The position numbers were made by a program, and so were the translations under genes. 39,376 nt of DNA from a candidate division WOR-3 bacterium. GTDB taxonomy: Bacteria > Hydrothermota > Tepidihabitantia > Tepidihabitantales > DTDR01. How positions within the stretch are numbered: position 1 is the stretch's first letter; each line of letters opens with the position of its first letter. The stretch is from assembly GCA_039801885.1 (NCBI GenBank), contig JBDRVN010000010.1:1-39376 (forward strand). The letters run 5' to 3'. Under the pieces are notes generated by a model, which saw nothing but the letters and a program-made list of their open reading frames with translations, did no database searches and was not told the origin of the DNA. Shown piece by piece: positions 9,634-22,681 of the stretch.

Positions 9634-10482
9634 ATGATTAATAAAGTTGGTGTTTTAGGTGCCGGGACTATGGGCAGCGGTATTTGTCAAATTTTCGCAC
9701 AAAAAGGTTATCAAGTAATAATGGTTGATTTGACAAATGAGATTTTAGAAAGAGGGCTTGCTGGCATCAAAAAGAGTTTAGAGAAATTTTTAGAGAAAGG
9801 AAAGATTACAAAAGAGGATAAAGAGGCAACTTTACAAATAATTAAAACCGCTACCAATAAAGATGAGTTAAAAGATTGCGATATAATTATTGAGGCGATT
9901 ATTGAGAATAAAGAAGAAAAGAAGAAAGCCTTTTCTTATTTAGATAAAATCTGTAAGAAGGAAGCAATTTTTGCTTCTAATACTTCAACAATTTCTATTA
10001 CCGAATTGGCAAGTGCCACAAATCGACCCGAAAAATTTATTGGTATGCATTTTATGAATCCGGTTCCTTTGATGGCATTGGTCGAGGTAATAAGAGGTTT
10101 AAGAACTGATGAAAAAGTTGTGGAAATTGTTGTTGATTTGGCAAAGAAACTTGGTAAAGTACCGGTGGTGGTTAATGATTCTCCGGGTTTTGTTTCTAAT
10201 CGGGTTTTGATGCCAATGATTAATGAAGCAATTTATTGTCTTTATGAAGGGATTGCAACAAAAGAAGCCATTGATGATATTATGAAATTAGGGATGAATC
10301 ATCCAATTGGTCCATTGGCCTTGGCTGATTTAATTGGTTTAGATGTTGTTTTGGCAATCTTAGAAGTTTTAGAAAAGGATTTAGGGGATCCGAAATATCG
10401 TCCTTGTCCCTTATTAAAAAAGATGGTGAATGCCGGATTTTTGGGAAGAAAGACAAAAAGGGGATTTTATGAGTACCAATAA
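9634..10482 (+). CDS. hbd: 3-hydroxybutyryl-CoA dehydrogenase
   Basis: GAGTMGSGI Rossmann motif, [39 protein letters not shown]. Confidence 0.92.
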   Translation: MINKVGVLGAGTMGSGICQIFAQKGYQVIMVDLTNEILERGLAGIKKSLEKFLEKGKITKEDKEATLQIIKTATNKDELKDCDIIIEAIIENKEEKKKAFSYLDKICKKEAIFASNTSTISITELASATNRPEKFIGMHFMNPVPLMALVEVIRGLRTDEKVVEIVVDLAKKLGKVPVVVNDSPGFVSNRVLMPMINEAIYCLYEGIATKEAIDDIMKLGMNHPIGPLALADLIGLDVVLAILEVLEKDLGDPKYRPCPLLKKMVNAGFLGRKTKRGFYEYQ

Positions 10483-10720
10483 GAAAAAATGGGAATATAA
10501 GTTGAAAGTATTAGAAGTTCATAGTCATCCAATCTTGGCTTTGGGAAGGTGGCAGATTGAGGACGATAATAAGCAGATGATCAAAGAATTTCCTAATGTA
10601 GAAAATTATATTAATAAACTTGGCGAAGAAGGCTGGGAACTGGTGGGTACCGCTCCTGGTTCAGATAGTCAAGGAACAATCACCAAGGTGCTTTTGATTT
10701 TTAAGCGAGAAAAATTATAA
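10469..10720 (+). CDS. DUF4177-like small protein (83 aa)
   Basis: 'KWEYK...[11 protein letters not shown]...LIFKRE' pattern. Start moved to ATG 10469, which has AAGGGG upstream and overlaps the hbd stop. Confidence 0.7.
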   Translation: MSTNKKKWEYKLKVLEVHSHPILALGRWQIEDDNKQMIKEFPNVENYINKLGEEGWELVGTAPGSDSQGTITKVLLIFKREKL

Positions 10721-10721
10721 T

Positions 10722-11204
10722 TTGTCTTTAAATATTATTGATTGGCTTTCTATCGGAATTATTACGGTTTTTGGTGGTATTCAATTTTTAAGAAGTTTAG
10801 ATAATTTAAGTCTTATCTTTTACGAAACCGGAGGAATTATTTTTGCTTGTTATTTTAGTAATATTATTTTTAAAAAATTTTCTAACAATCCCTTTTCTTA
10901 TCTTTTTTCGTTTATCATTATTTTAATTATTTCTTTTTTTCTTTCTCGGATTATAAATAATTTCTTTTCTTTCTCATTGGGAATTTTTACCTATCTTTTT
11001 GGTCTTTTTTTAGGAATTACTTTTTCTTGGGCGCTATGTCATGCGGTATTAAAAACAATTCTTATTTTTTATAAAAATAATCCGGATTTAATTTATCTTT
11101 ATAAGAAATCAATCTTTGTTTCACAAATCCTTTTCTTTGGTTTCTTTCGAGAACTTTTGGCATTCTTAATAAGTGTCCGATATAATATTTTCCGCTTTGA
11201 CTAA
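10722..11204 (+). CDS. CvpA-like inner-membrane protein
   Basis: N-terminal 'NIIDWL..II', about four hydrophobic segments, 'LFGLFLG', 'KKS' late motif, 160 aa, TTG start. Confidence 0.5.
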   Translation: MSLNIIDWLSIGIITVFGGIQFLRSLDNLSLIFYETGGIIFACYFSNIIFKKFSNNPFSYLFSFIIILIISFFLSRIINNFFSFSLGIFTYLFGLFLGITFSWALCHAVLKTILIFYKNNPDLIYLYKKSIFVSQILFFGFFRELLAFLISVRYNIFRFD

Positions 11205-11650
11205 TGAAAAATATTTTGGCAATTGATTTTGGTTTAAAAAGGGTAGGATTTGCCTTAGGGAATGAGGAAAAGAGATATGTTTATGGTTATAAAACAATAG
11301 AAATTAATAATCTTAATGATTTGCTTAAAAAGATTTTACAGATTGTGAAGGAAAAAGAGATTAGTAAAATTATTATTGGCTATCCAAAAGGTTTAAAAGG
11401 AGAGGAGACCGAAAGGGGAAAATTGGTGAAAAAATTTAAAGAAAAACTGGAAAAAGTGATTGATAAAGAGGTAATTTTATTTGACGAACGATACACAACC
11501 GATTTGGCAAAAAAGATTATTTTCCCTAAAGATTTTAAAAAAACCGGATTAAAAAAGAAAAAAAGTATGAAAAGAGAGATAAATCTTTTATCAGCAATTT
11601 TACTTTTGGAAAGTTATTTAAAAGGTGAAGAAAAAGAGAGAGAAGATTGA
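11204..11650 (+). CDS. ruvX: Holliday junction resolvase-like / pre-16S rRNA nuclease YqgF
   Basis: 'ILAIDFGLKRVGFA', 'IIIGYP', 'DERYTT'; next to mltG as usual. Confidence 0.9.
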   Translation: MKNILAIDFGLKRVGFALGNEEKRYVYGYKTIEINNLNDLLKKILQIVKEKEISKIIIGYPKGLKGEETERGKLVKKFKEKLEKVIDKEVILFDERYTTDLAKKIIFPKDFKKTGLKKKKSMKREINLLSAILLLESYLKGEEKERED

Positions 11651-12593
11651 AAAGATTTCTTTAATTTTTTTGACTTCTCTTTTTATTCTTTTTCATCAAT
11701 TTTTTATTAAAGATAAGGTAGGCGAAAAGATAAAGATTTTTATTCCTAAAAATTTATCTTTAAAAGAAATTGGTGATTTATTAAAAGAGAAAGGTGTAAT
11801 AAAAAGAAGATGGTTATTTTTTCTTTATACAAAGATTTTTTTTAAAGAAAAATCATTAAGATACGGTTATTATCAACTTCCGAAAAATTTTTCCGAGTTT
11901 AAAATTTTATTACTATTATTAAAAAAATATTCAATACCAGTTTTTGTTACGATACCGGAAGGTTTAACCTTGGAAGAGATCGCGGGAATTTTAGAAAAGA
12001 AGGGCGTATGCCCTAAAGAAGAATTTCTTAAATATGCTACTTCTCCGGATGTTTTGAAGAAATATAATATTTTCTTTCCTACTGCCGAAGGATTTTTGTT
12101 TCCTGATTCTTACGAATTCTTTACTAATTCTTCACCAGAGGTTATCTTTGATAAAATGTGCCGTCGGTTTTGGCAAATCTATTTGGATTTAAAAAGAAGG
12201 TATAAAACTAATTTATCAGATTCAACAATCATTATTTTAGCATCCATTGTTGAGAAGGAAGCGAAGGTTGATTACGAAAGACCAATAATTGCTTCGGTAT
12301 TTTTAAATCGTTTAAAAAAAAGAATGCGTTTAGAATCTTGTGCGACAGTTGAATACCTTTTAAAGGAAAGAAAGAGAATATTAAGTAAGGAAGATTTAAA
12401 AATCAATTCTCCCTATAATACTTATCTTTATAAAGGACTACCGCCAACCCCGATTTGTAATCCCTCTAAAAAATCCTTAATAGCTGTTTTAAACCCTAAA
12501 AAGACCGATTATTATTACTTCTTTACCAAAGATGGAATTACCCATATCTTTTCTAAAACTTATTTAGAACATTTAAAGAAAATAAAACATTGA
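11625..12593 (+). CDS. mltG: Endolytic transglycosylase MltG
   Basis: N-terminal TM, TIPEG, EGFLFPDSY, LASIVEKEA, SPYNTY..KGLPPTPICNP. Confidence 0.92.
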   Translation: MKKKREKIEKISLIFLTSLFILFHQFFIKDKVGEKIKIFIPKNLSLKEIGDLLKEKGVIKRRWLFFLYTKIFFKEKSLRYGYYQLPKNFSEFKILLLLLKKYSIPVFVTIPEGLTLEEIAGILEKKGVCPKEEFLKYATSPDVLKKYNIFFPTAEGFLFPDSYEFFTNSSPEVIFDKMCRRFWQIYLDLKRRYKTNLSDSTIIILASIVEKEAKVDYERPIIASVFLNRLKKRMRLESCATVEYLLKERKRILSKEDLKINSPYNTYLYKGLPPTPICNPSKKSLIAVLNPKKTDYYYFFTKDGITHIFSKTYLEHLKKIKH

Positions 12594-12599
12594 CAAATA

Positions 12600-12627
12600 T
12601 TGATTTTTTTGAAAAAATTATTATAAT
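12600..12627 (+). promoter_or_regulatory. sigma70-type promoter of gyrB (leaderless or near-leaderless)
   Basis: TTGATT-N16-TATAAT, 8 nt to ATG; no SD. Confidence 0.55.
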
Positions 12628-12629
12628 AA

Positions 12630-15583
<2,954 letters not shown>

Positions 15584-16819
15584 TTATCTCATTCCTTGTT
15601 GTCCAAAGGAAGTAAGAATATTCATATAAGGCATAATAACCGCAATGATAATAAATACCACACCAATTCCCATTACGAGAATTAGTACCGGTTCAATTAA
15701 ACCAGTTAAATTTTTAGCGATTCTTTCTACTTCATTATCATAATAATCAGCCACTTGTCTGAGCATATCGTCTAAAGCACCAGATTCTTCGCCGGTAGCA
15801 ACCATTTGGACAACCATTGGTGGAAAGACATTGCTTTCTCTCATTGGCGGAGCAATTCCTCTTCCTCGGCGAACACTTTCGGCAATTGCATCAATATGTT
15901 GAGAAATATAGGCATTGCCAACAGTTTTTGAAACTAACGCTAAACTTCTTAAAATTGGTAAACCAGTTCTATCCAAGGTTTCAAACATTCGGGCAAAACG
16001 AGCAAGAACCATTTGATAAATTAAAGGACCGGCAATGGGAATTTTCAATTTTACTCGATCCCACCACAGTCTTCCACCTTTTGTTCTGATAAACATATAA
16101 AAGATAAGACCAAGAATTGCTAACAAGAAGAGGCCAGTGAACCAATAATTTTTCATAAAAGTAACAAAAGTAATAAGGATTCTGGTTGGTGTCGGTACCT
16201 TTGTTCCTAAACCAGTTAAAAGCATAATAAATTTAGGTAAAACAAAAGTTGAAAGAACAATAACTGCGACAACCATACCGACAAGCAAAATTATTGGATA
16301 ACGCAAAGCTGACATAACTTCACTTCTTAATCTTCTTTCGTGTTCTAATAAATCAGCCAAACGATTCAGAATTTCATCCAAGACGCCACCAGTTTCACCA
16401 GCCCAAACAGAATTGACATATAATTCATTAAAAATTCTTGGATATTTTGCCATTGCTTGGGATAAGGAAGCACCACCCATTAAATCTTTTCTAATTCCAT
16501 CAAGGGCTTTAGCCAAAGCTGCTGACCGAGTTTGCGCCTGTAAGGCACTAATTGCCGAAAGCATTGGTAAGCCAGCTTTATGAAGAGTAACAAATTGGCG
16601 AGTGAAATTTATTAAATCAATAGCCTTTACCCTTCCCATAAAGAGCGCGTCTAAAGAGAAACCACCGCCACCGGTTGCTTGCTTAATCTCTTTAACTTGC
16701 AAAGGGATATAACCTAAAGCATCAAGTTTTTCGATTACGCTATTCACATCGCTTCCTTCAACTGTTCCAGTTAAAACCTTACCTTCTCGGTCTCTTACCT
16801 TATATGAAAATAAAGGCAT
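15584..16819 (-). CDS. pilC: Type II secretion F family / type IV pilus platform protein
   Basis: 'MPLFSYKVRD..GK...G', AGETGGVLDEIL.RLA, VATGEESGALDDML, LIEP; three TM segments. Confidence 0.88.
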   Translation of the reverse strand: MPLFSYKVRDREGKVLTGTVEGSDVNSVIEKLDALGYIPLQVKEIKQATGGGGFSLDALFMGRVKAIDLINFTRQFVTLHKAGLPMLSAISALQAQTRSAALAKALDGIRKDLMGGASLSQAMAKYPRIFNELYVNSVWAGETGGVLDEILNRLADLLEHERRLRSEVMSALRYPIILLVGMVVAVIVLSTFVLPKFIMLLTGLGTKVPTPTRILITFVTFMKNYWFTGLFLLAILGLIFYMFIRTKGGRLWWDRVKLKIPIAGPLIYQMVLARFARMFETLDRTGLPILRSLALVSKTVGNAYISQHIDAIAESVRRGRGIAPPMRESNVFPPMVVQMVATGEESGALDDMLRQVADYYDNEVERIAKNLTGLIEPVLILVMGIGVVFIIIAVIMPYMNILTSFGQQGMR

Positions 16820-16842
16820 TAAGCCTCCTTTTTAATTTTTAA

Positions 16843-18411
16843 TTAAATTACAATTTTTTCTGCTTCTCTCATTACTTCTTCTACAGTGGTAATTCCCATA
16901 AGAACTTTCTTTATACCATCTTCCCAAAGGGTATCCATACCACTTTCTTTTGCCAACATCCTTACAGCACTGGTTGGTGGTCTAGTAACAATTAACTCTC
17001 TCATTTTTTCATCAACTTTCATAACTTCAAATAAGCCAATTCTTCCATAATAACCAGTATAACGACAGTGTTCACAACCCTTGCCGCGATACAAAATAGT
17101 ATCTTTAGGTAATTCTAATTCTTCTAAGACCTTTGGTGAAGGTTTATACTCTTCTTTACATTTTGGACAAATTCTTCTTACTAATCTTTGTGCTAAAACT
17201 CCTTCTGTTGCCGAAGCCACTAAGAAAGGCTCAATTCCCATATCAATCAAACGGTTGATTGTTCCCGGTGCGTCATTAGTGTGGATTGTTGAAAAGACTA
17301 ATTGACCGGTTAAGGAAGCACGGATAGCCACCGTTGCGGTATCTCGGTCACGAATCTCCCCGATAAAAATAACATCCGGGTCTTGACGCAAAATATGCCG
17401 TAATCCGACAAGATAGGTATAGCCAGCTCGTTCATTAACTTGAGATTGACAAAGTCCATCAATATCATATTCTACCGGGTCCTCAATAGTAATAATATTT
17501 TTTTCGGCACCGCGGATTTCTTGTAAAATTGCGTAAAGGGTGGTTGTCTTTCCTGAACCGGTTGGTCCAGTTACTAAGATAACGCCGTGAGGTTTTCTAA
17601 TCATCTCTCGCAAAACTTGTAACCTTTCCGGTAAAAGTCCTAATTCATCCATAGATAAAAGCCTTACCCGGTCTAAAATACGCATTACTACTTTTTCACC
17701 ATAAGTGGTGGGGAAGGTAGAAACACGGAAGTCAATTTCCCGACCGTCAACAATTGCGGCATAACGACCATCCTGGGGCAATCGTTTTTCAGCGATATTC
17801 ATTCTTGACATAATTTTAATACGGGAGACAACAGCTAATTGTAAGGCTTTCTTCGGAGCAACAACCGGATGTAAGACGCCATCAATTCTAAATCTTACCT
17901 GTAAACCTTCTCTTGTTGGTTCAATATGAATATCTGATGCTCTTTCTCTTACTGCTCTAATAATCAATTGGTTTACCCATCTTACCACCGGTGCTTCAGA
18001 AGCTAATTCTTCAAGTTTTTTAGGAGTTAAATCAAGTTCGGCTGCTACTTCTCCTTCACCTAAAGGTTCAATAGTTTCCACTTCCGGTTCGTCAGGAATA
18101 TCCGGTGGCTGGGTTTGAGCATAATATTCATTTAATATTTGATAGAGGTCTAATTCCTTACAAACCATTACTTGTAAATCCATTCCGGAAAATCTACGGA
18201 TTTCATCAATAGAATAAATATTCGATGGGTCAACCATTGCTACTACCAAGGCATTTCCGGATTTAAAAAGAGGAACAAATTTATGGGCTCTCAAAAATTC
18301 TTCCGGAAACATTTTCATTACTTCAACATCAATTTTAAATGCGGTTAAATCAACAAACGGCACACCATATTTCTGTTCTAACTCAAAACCAATGTTATCT
18401 TCTTGAGCCAT
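16843..18411 (-). CDS. pilB: GspE/PilB family assembly ATPase
   Basis: ASDIHIEP, GPTGSGKTTT, TIEDPVE, LRQDPDVIFIGEIRD, HTNDA, CPKC...CEHC Zn motif. Confidence 0.9.
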   Translation of the reverse strand: MAQEDNIGFELEQKYGVPFVDLTAFKIDVEVMKMFPEEFLRAHKFVPLFKSGNALVVAMVDPSNIYSIDEIRRFSGMDLQVMVCKELDLYQILNEYYAQTQPPDIPDEPEVETIEPLGEGEVAAELDLTPKKLEELASEAPVVRWVNQLIIRAVRERASDIHIEPTREGLQVRFRIDGVLHPVVAPKKALQLAVVSRIKIMSRMNIAEKRLPQDGRYAAIVDGREIDFRVSTFPTTYGEKVVMRILDRVRLLSMDELGLLPERLQVLREMIRKPHGVILVTGPTGSGKTTTLYAILQEIRGAEKNIITIEDPVEYDIDGLCQSQVNERAGYTYLVGLRHILRQDPDVIFIGEIRDRDTATVAIRASLTGQLVFSTIHTNDAPGTINRLIDMGIEPFLVASATEGVLAQRLVRRICPKCKEEYKPSPKVLEELELPKDTILYRGKGCEHCRYTGYYGRIGLFEVMKVDEKMRELIVTRPPTSAVRMLAKESGMDTLWEDGIKKVLMGITTVEEVMREAEKIVI

Positions 18412-18451
18412 AAATTCACCCCCTTACCAATAATACATTTACTTCTATAAA

Positions 18452-18480
18452 ATTATAGGATAAAAAACTTAAAAAGTCAA
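18452..18480 (-). promoter_or_regulatory. sigma70-type promoter of pilB-pilC
   Basis: TTGACT-N17-TATAAT, then RBS TGGTAAGGGGGTGAA before ATG. Confidence 0.6.
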
Positions 18481-18483
18481 TAA

Positions 18484-19785
18484 TTATTTTAGTTTTAAAA
18501 CCTCCCGATAGCCAACTAAATCTAAGAACCCGTGTCCAGAAATATTTATTACTATTACTTTCTTTAATCCTTCTTCTTTTGCTCTTAAAGCTTCGTCAAT
18601 GGCAAAAGCGATTGCGTAAGAAGATTCCGGAGCCGGTAAGAACCCTTCACATTCAATAAACATTTTTGCCCTTTCAAAAACATATTTTTCATCCGCCGGA
18701 TAAGAGATGGTTTCAATTAAGTTATGATGCCTTAAAAAACTAATAATCGGAGCTGCGGCATGATACCTTAAACCATCAGCTTTAATTGGCTTCATCTTTA
18801 TTTTATGACCTAAAGTATACATTTTTAATAAAGGAGTAAACTCACCATAATCAGCAAAATCATATTCATATTTTCCTTTTGAAAGATTAGGAGCTACTTC
18901 ACTTTGACAGGCAACGAATCTAATTTTCTTTTTATTTTTTAATACTTCACCAATAAAGGGTAAAGTAAAACCACCAAAATTAGAACCGCCACCTAAGCAA
19001 GCAGCCATAATATCGGGTTCGACACCAATTTTTTCTAATTGCTTTTTGGTTTCTAAACCAATAATTGTTTGGTGTAAAAGCACATGATTTAGTACTGAGC
19101 CGAGACAATAAATAGCATCTTCATTTTTTAAAGCATCTTCTATCCCTTCGGAAATAGCAATTGCTAAGGAACCAGGGTGATTAGGGTTCTTTTTATATAA
19201 TTTTTTCCCAACCTCAGTTTTTGGACTGGGTGAGGGATAAACTTCGGCACCAAGAAGTTGCATTAAAGTTCTTCTCTCTTTTTTCCATTTATAAACTGCC
19301 CTAACCCAATAAATAGTACATTTTAAACCCAATAAGGCAGCTCCGTAAGCTAAAGCAGTTCCCCATTGTCCAGCGCCAGTTTCGGTTGTCACTCTTTTAT
19401 AACCTTCCTTTTTGGCATAATAACATTGGGCCAAAGCGGTATTTACTTTATGGCTTCCGGTTGGGCTAAAGAATTCGGCTTTATAATAAATCTGCGCCGG
19501 AGTTTGAAGCCTTTTTTCTAAATTTATCGCCCGGAATAAAGGTCTTGGTCTGCCAGCTTGAAGATATAATTCCCTTAATTCTTCCGGGATTGGTACCCAT
19601 TCTTCTTGAGACATTTCTTGTTTTAAACATTCGTTAATTAAAATTTTTGATAAATTTTTTAATCGGGATTCTCCCTTTTCCGGATCTTTTGGTGGCGGTA
19701 AAGGTTCGGGTAAAACTGGTAAAATATTATACCATCTATCGGGTATTTCTTCCGGTGAAAGGTTTATCTGTCTTATTGGCTTCAT
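18484..19785 (-). CDS. trpB2: TrpB2-type tryptophan synthase beta chain (PLP enzyme), stand-alone
   Basis: IPDRWYNI, SPTGSHKVNTA (PLP Lys), TETGAGQWG, GSLAIAISE, LGSVLNHV, GGGSNFGG, NISGHG. Confidence 0.88.
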   Translation of the reverse strand: MKPIRQINLSPEEIPDRWYNILPVLPEPLPPPKDPEKGESRLKNLSKILINECLKQEMSQEEWVPIPEELRELYLQAGRPRPLFRAINLEKRLQTPAQIYYKAEFFSPTGSHKVNTALAQCYYAKKEGYKRVTTETGAGQWGTALAYGAALLGLKCTIYWVRAVYKWKKERRTLMQLLGAEVYPSPSPKTEVGKKLYKKNPNHPGSLAIAISEGIEDALKNEDAIYCLGSVLNHVLLHQTIIGLETKKQLEKIGVEPDIMAACLGGGSNFGGFTLPFIGEVLKNKKKIRFVACQSEVAPNLSKGKYEYDFADYGEFTPLLKMYTLGHKIKMKPIKADGLRYHAAAPIISFLRHHNLIETISYPADEKYVFERAKMFIECEGFLPAPESSYAIAFAIDEALRAKEEGLKKVIVINISGHGFLDLVGYREVLKLK

Positions 19786-19806
19786 ATTTCCTCCATTTAA
19801 GTTTTA

Positions 19807-19869
19807 ATTTTAATAAAATATTATTTAAAGTCAAATATTATTGACAAATAGAAAAATTTTTGTTAAAAT
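19807..19869. promoter_or_regulatory. Back-to-back divergent sigma70-type promoters (trpB2 and the 72-aa gene)
   Basis: Minus: TTGACT-N16-TAAAAT (19834-19807). Plus: TTGACA-N17-TAAAAT with an extended TG (19841-19869). Confidence 0.6.
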
Positions 19870-19895
19870 ATTATAGAAGCAAGCAGGAGGTGAAA

Positions 19896-20114
19896 ATGCG
19901 AGGGTTGATTGAAAAGGCTTTATTTTTGAAACCTTCCCAAACAAAAAAATTTTTTACGCGAATAAATGATGATAAAGAATTTCTTTTTTATCTTTTTCTT
20001 TCTCCCAAAGGCGTATGGGAATTGCTCTGTTATAAAACTACTGGTGAAAGAATTTGGCGGGCAGCAAATTTAAAAAAGGAGGATCTTTTTGAACTTATTG
20101 GTGAATTTTTTTAA
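19896..20114 (+). CDS. Hypothetical 72-aa protein (MRGLIEKALF...)
   Basis: Own promoter and strong SD AGGAGGTG before ATG 19896; no family recognised. Confidence 0.7.
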   Translation: MRGLIEKALFLKPSQTKKFFTRINDDKEFLFYLFLSPKGVWELLCYKTTGERIWRAANLKKEDLFELIGEFF

Positions 20115-20532
20115 AACTTATTAAATTTAAACCGATATCTGGAAAAGGTTTTCTCATTAGTTTTTTATCTATTAAGAATAAAAAAATTTCTAAGGTAGCA
20201 CTAACTTTTGCTGAAAAGAGATGGCCACCAAAAATTTTAAATTTTTTATCAGAAATAATGATATGAGCATGAATAAAAATTTCCCTCTTTAAATAAGAAA
20301 TGTTGCCAATTAATGAAACAATTTCGCACTCTCTTCTGTGTTCTTTTTTTAAATACTCTTTTTTTACTAAATCATAATAGCCAATTATAAAATCTTTACC
20401 GGCTCCGATACCATAAAAAAAGGCGCCTTTTATATTCTTTTCTTTGGAAAAATTTTTTAAAGAACTAATAATCTCTTCGCCTTTTTCCAAACGTAAAAAA
20501 TAGATAGTTTTATTAATTCTTTTGATTTCCAT
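20095..20532 (-). CDS. PPC/DUF296 domain protein
   Basis: 'LRLEKGEEI..SL', GIGA, 'EIVSLIGNI', HAH, GGHL, ATLE. Confidence 0.85.
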   Translation of the reverse strand: MEIKRINKTIYFLRLEKGEEIISSLKNFSKEKNIKGAFFYGIGAGKDFIIGYYDLVKKEYLKKEHRRECEIVSLIGNISYLKREIFIHAHIIISDKKFKIFGGHLFSAKVSATLEIFLFLIDKKLMRKPFPDIGLNLISFKKIHQ

Positions 20533-21040
20533 TTACTTTTAAAAAATAAATAAAATAATCTAAAAATGATAAGACAATGAAAATCCAGGTTAAATAAGTA
20601 ATAATTAAAAGTTCTTTTTGACGATTGAGAAGCGTAGCTAGAATAAGAAGGGCAAAGAGAAAACCGGTTATTTTCCCTAAAATCGAAGATTTAGAAATAA
20701 CATTTTTTTTTCTCATCAAAAAGATAAAACCAGCAGTAATAAGTAAATCACGAATTATTATTGCTGCGACAATTTTAAAATCAAGGTTCTTAGTTATTAC
20801 TAAGGTAACTAAAATTGTTCCTACCCAAATTTTATCAACCAAATGATCAAGAATTTTGCCTAAATCGGAAACTTGATTTAACTTGCGGGCTAGATAACCA
20901 TCAAAGGCATCGGTTAACCAAGAGAGAGAAATAAAAATTAAACTAAGAGAAAATAAATTTTTAGACAAGAAGAGCAAGATTAAAGGTAAAAAAATTAAGC
21001 GAGAGATACTTAAAATATTCGGAATTGTTAAAATCCCCAT
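20513..21040 (-). CDS. CDP-alcohol phosphatidyltransferase (PgsA-like)
   Basis: TIPNILSISR, TDAFDGYLARKLNQVSDLGKILDHLVDK. Confidence 0.88.
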   Translation of the reverse strand: MGILTIPNILSISRLIFLPLILLFLSKNLFSLSLIFISLSWLTDAFDGYLARKLNQVSDLGKILDHLVDKIWVGTILVTLVITKNLDFKIVAAIIIRDLLITAGFIFLMRKKNVISKSSILGKITGFLFALLILATLLNRQKELLIITYLTWIFIVLSFLDYFIYFLKVNGNQKN

Positions 21041-21861
21041 TTCAATTTTTTCTTCAAAATATCAAAATAGGTTCTTTCTTTTTTATTAACCAAAAGAAAA
21101 TAACTTTTTGCTTTTTCTAATAATACTTCTTCACCCAAGTTTAATAAAAAGACCCGTTGGCCATCTAAAACTAAATTGGCGGGCAGATTTTTTTCTCCCA
21201 AAAGAAGTTTTAATTTAAAGTTTCCAGGTAAAATTAATGGGCGACTGGCTAATAAGTGAGGTGCAATTGGTGTTATTACAAATATTTCCGAAAAAGGATG
21301 AACAATCGGACCACCGCAAGCTAAAGAATAAGCAGTAGAACCGGTTGGAGTTGAGACAATAATTCCGTCGCCGTTAAATTTATTAATAAATTCATTATTG
21401 ACATAAAGTTTTATTTCAATCATTCTTAAAGAACTTCCCATATTAATAACGACATCGTTCAATACAAAAAATTCTTCATTTTTGAAATTTACTTTAATAA
21501 GCATTCTCTTTTCAATTATTACTTCTTTTTTTAAAAAATCTTCAATTGCTTTTATTCTTTCTTCTTTAGAAAAGGTTGTTAAAAATCCTAAACTTCCTAA
21601 ATTAATGCCAATTGTTGGTATTTCTCTTCCCCTTAAAATTTTAGCAGTTCTTAAAATTGTTCCGTCCCCACCAATGGCAATAATAAAATCTATTTTTTCC
21701 AGATTTTCTTCCAAATTTCCAAAATTATTATAACCCAAATATTCTTTCTCTTCTTTTATAAAAAGAGGTTCAACATTATTTTTAATAAGATAATTTACAA
21801 TTTCTTCGGTAATTTTTTTTATCTCTTCCTTCTTTAAATTAATAACCAAACCGGCTTTCAT
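21028..21861 (-). CDS. nadK: NAD(+) kinase
   Basis: GGDGTIL, GINLGSLGFL, LND, DGIIVSTPTGSTAYSL. Confidence 0.93.
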   Translation of the reverse strand: MKAGLVINLKKEEIKKITEEIVNYLIKNNVEPLFIKEEKEYLGYNNFGNLEENLEKIDFIIAIGGDGTILRTAKILRGREIPTIGINLGSLGFLTTFSKEERIKAIEDFLKKEVIIEKRMLIKVNFKNEEFFVLNDVVINMGSSLRMIEIKLYVNNEFINKFNGDGIIVSTPTGSTAYSLACGGPIVHPFSEIFVITPIAPHLLASRPLILPGNFKLKLLLGEKNLPANLVLDGQRVFLLNLGEEVLLEKAKSYFLLVNKKERTYFDILKKKLKWGF

Positions 21862-21862
21862 C

Positions 21863-22681
21863 TCAAGAGATTATAACAAATCTAATTTTTTTTGCTAAGG
21901 AATTAATAAAAATAAAAGAAGAATATAATTCTTTAGCATATTCATAAATTTTTATTGGGTGTTCGCTATCAATTTCTAAAAAAATTTTCCCCTTTTGGGA
22001 AAGAAAATTTTTCCCTTCCTTTAAAATTCTTTTAATTATTACAAGACCGTCTTCGCCCCCATATAAAGCTTTTTTATCTTCATAGTTTTTAACTGTCTTA
22101 GGAAGTTTTTCATAATCTTTTTTATTAATATAAGGTGGATTAGAAACAATCAAATCAAATTTATTTAAGTATTTCTGATAATTGGGAAAATAAAATAGAT
22201 CAGCGTAAAATAATTTAATCCGATTTTCCAAAGAATATTTTTCAATATTTTTTTTAGCTACTCTTAATGCTTTTTTTGATATATCCGTACCAATAATTAA
22301 AGCCTCTTTAAATATTCGGGCAAGAGCGATTGTTAAACTTCCGGTCCCCACGCCGATATCAATGATATATTTTACTTTTTTTTGGTTATAATTTTCTAAT
22401 AAAGAAATAAGTAATTCGGTTTCTGCCCGCGGAATAAAAACCCCTTTTTCAATAAATAATTCTAAATCTAAAAAATAGGCTTTTTTCAAAAGATAGGGAA
22501 GAGGAATTTCATCTTTTTTCTTTTCGCAAATATTAATAACTTTTTTAATTTTATTTTTTGGTAATTTTTCACTCAAATAGATTTGATAAATTTTCTTCTC
22601 AAATACACTTGCAAGGATAAAGTTAAATTCTTCTTCTTTTAAATTATATCTTTTTTTAATTGCCAATAATTCTTTATTCAT
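21863..22681 (-). CDS. prmC: Release factor glutamine methyltransferase
   Basis: [30 protein letters not shown]; directly downstream of prfA. Confidence 0.92.
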   Translation of the reverse strand: MNKELLAIKKRYNLKEEEFNFILASVFEKKIYQIYLSEKLPKNKIKKVINICEKKKDEIPLPYLLKKAYFLDLELFIEKGVFIPRAETELLISLLENYNQKKVKYIIDIGVGTGSLTIALARIFKEALIIGTDISKKALRVAKKNIEKYSLENRIKLFYADLFYFPNYQKYLNKFDLIVSNPPYINKKDYEKLPKTVKNYEDKKALYGGEDGLVIIKRILKEGKNFLSQKGKIFLEIDSEHPIKIYEYAKELYSSFIFINSLAKKIRFVIIS

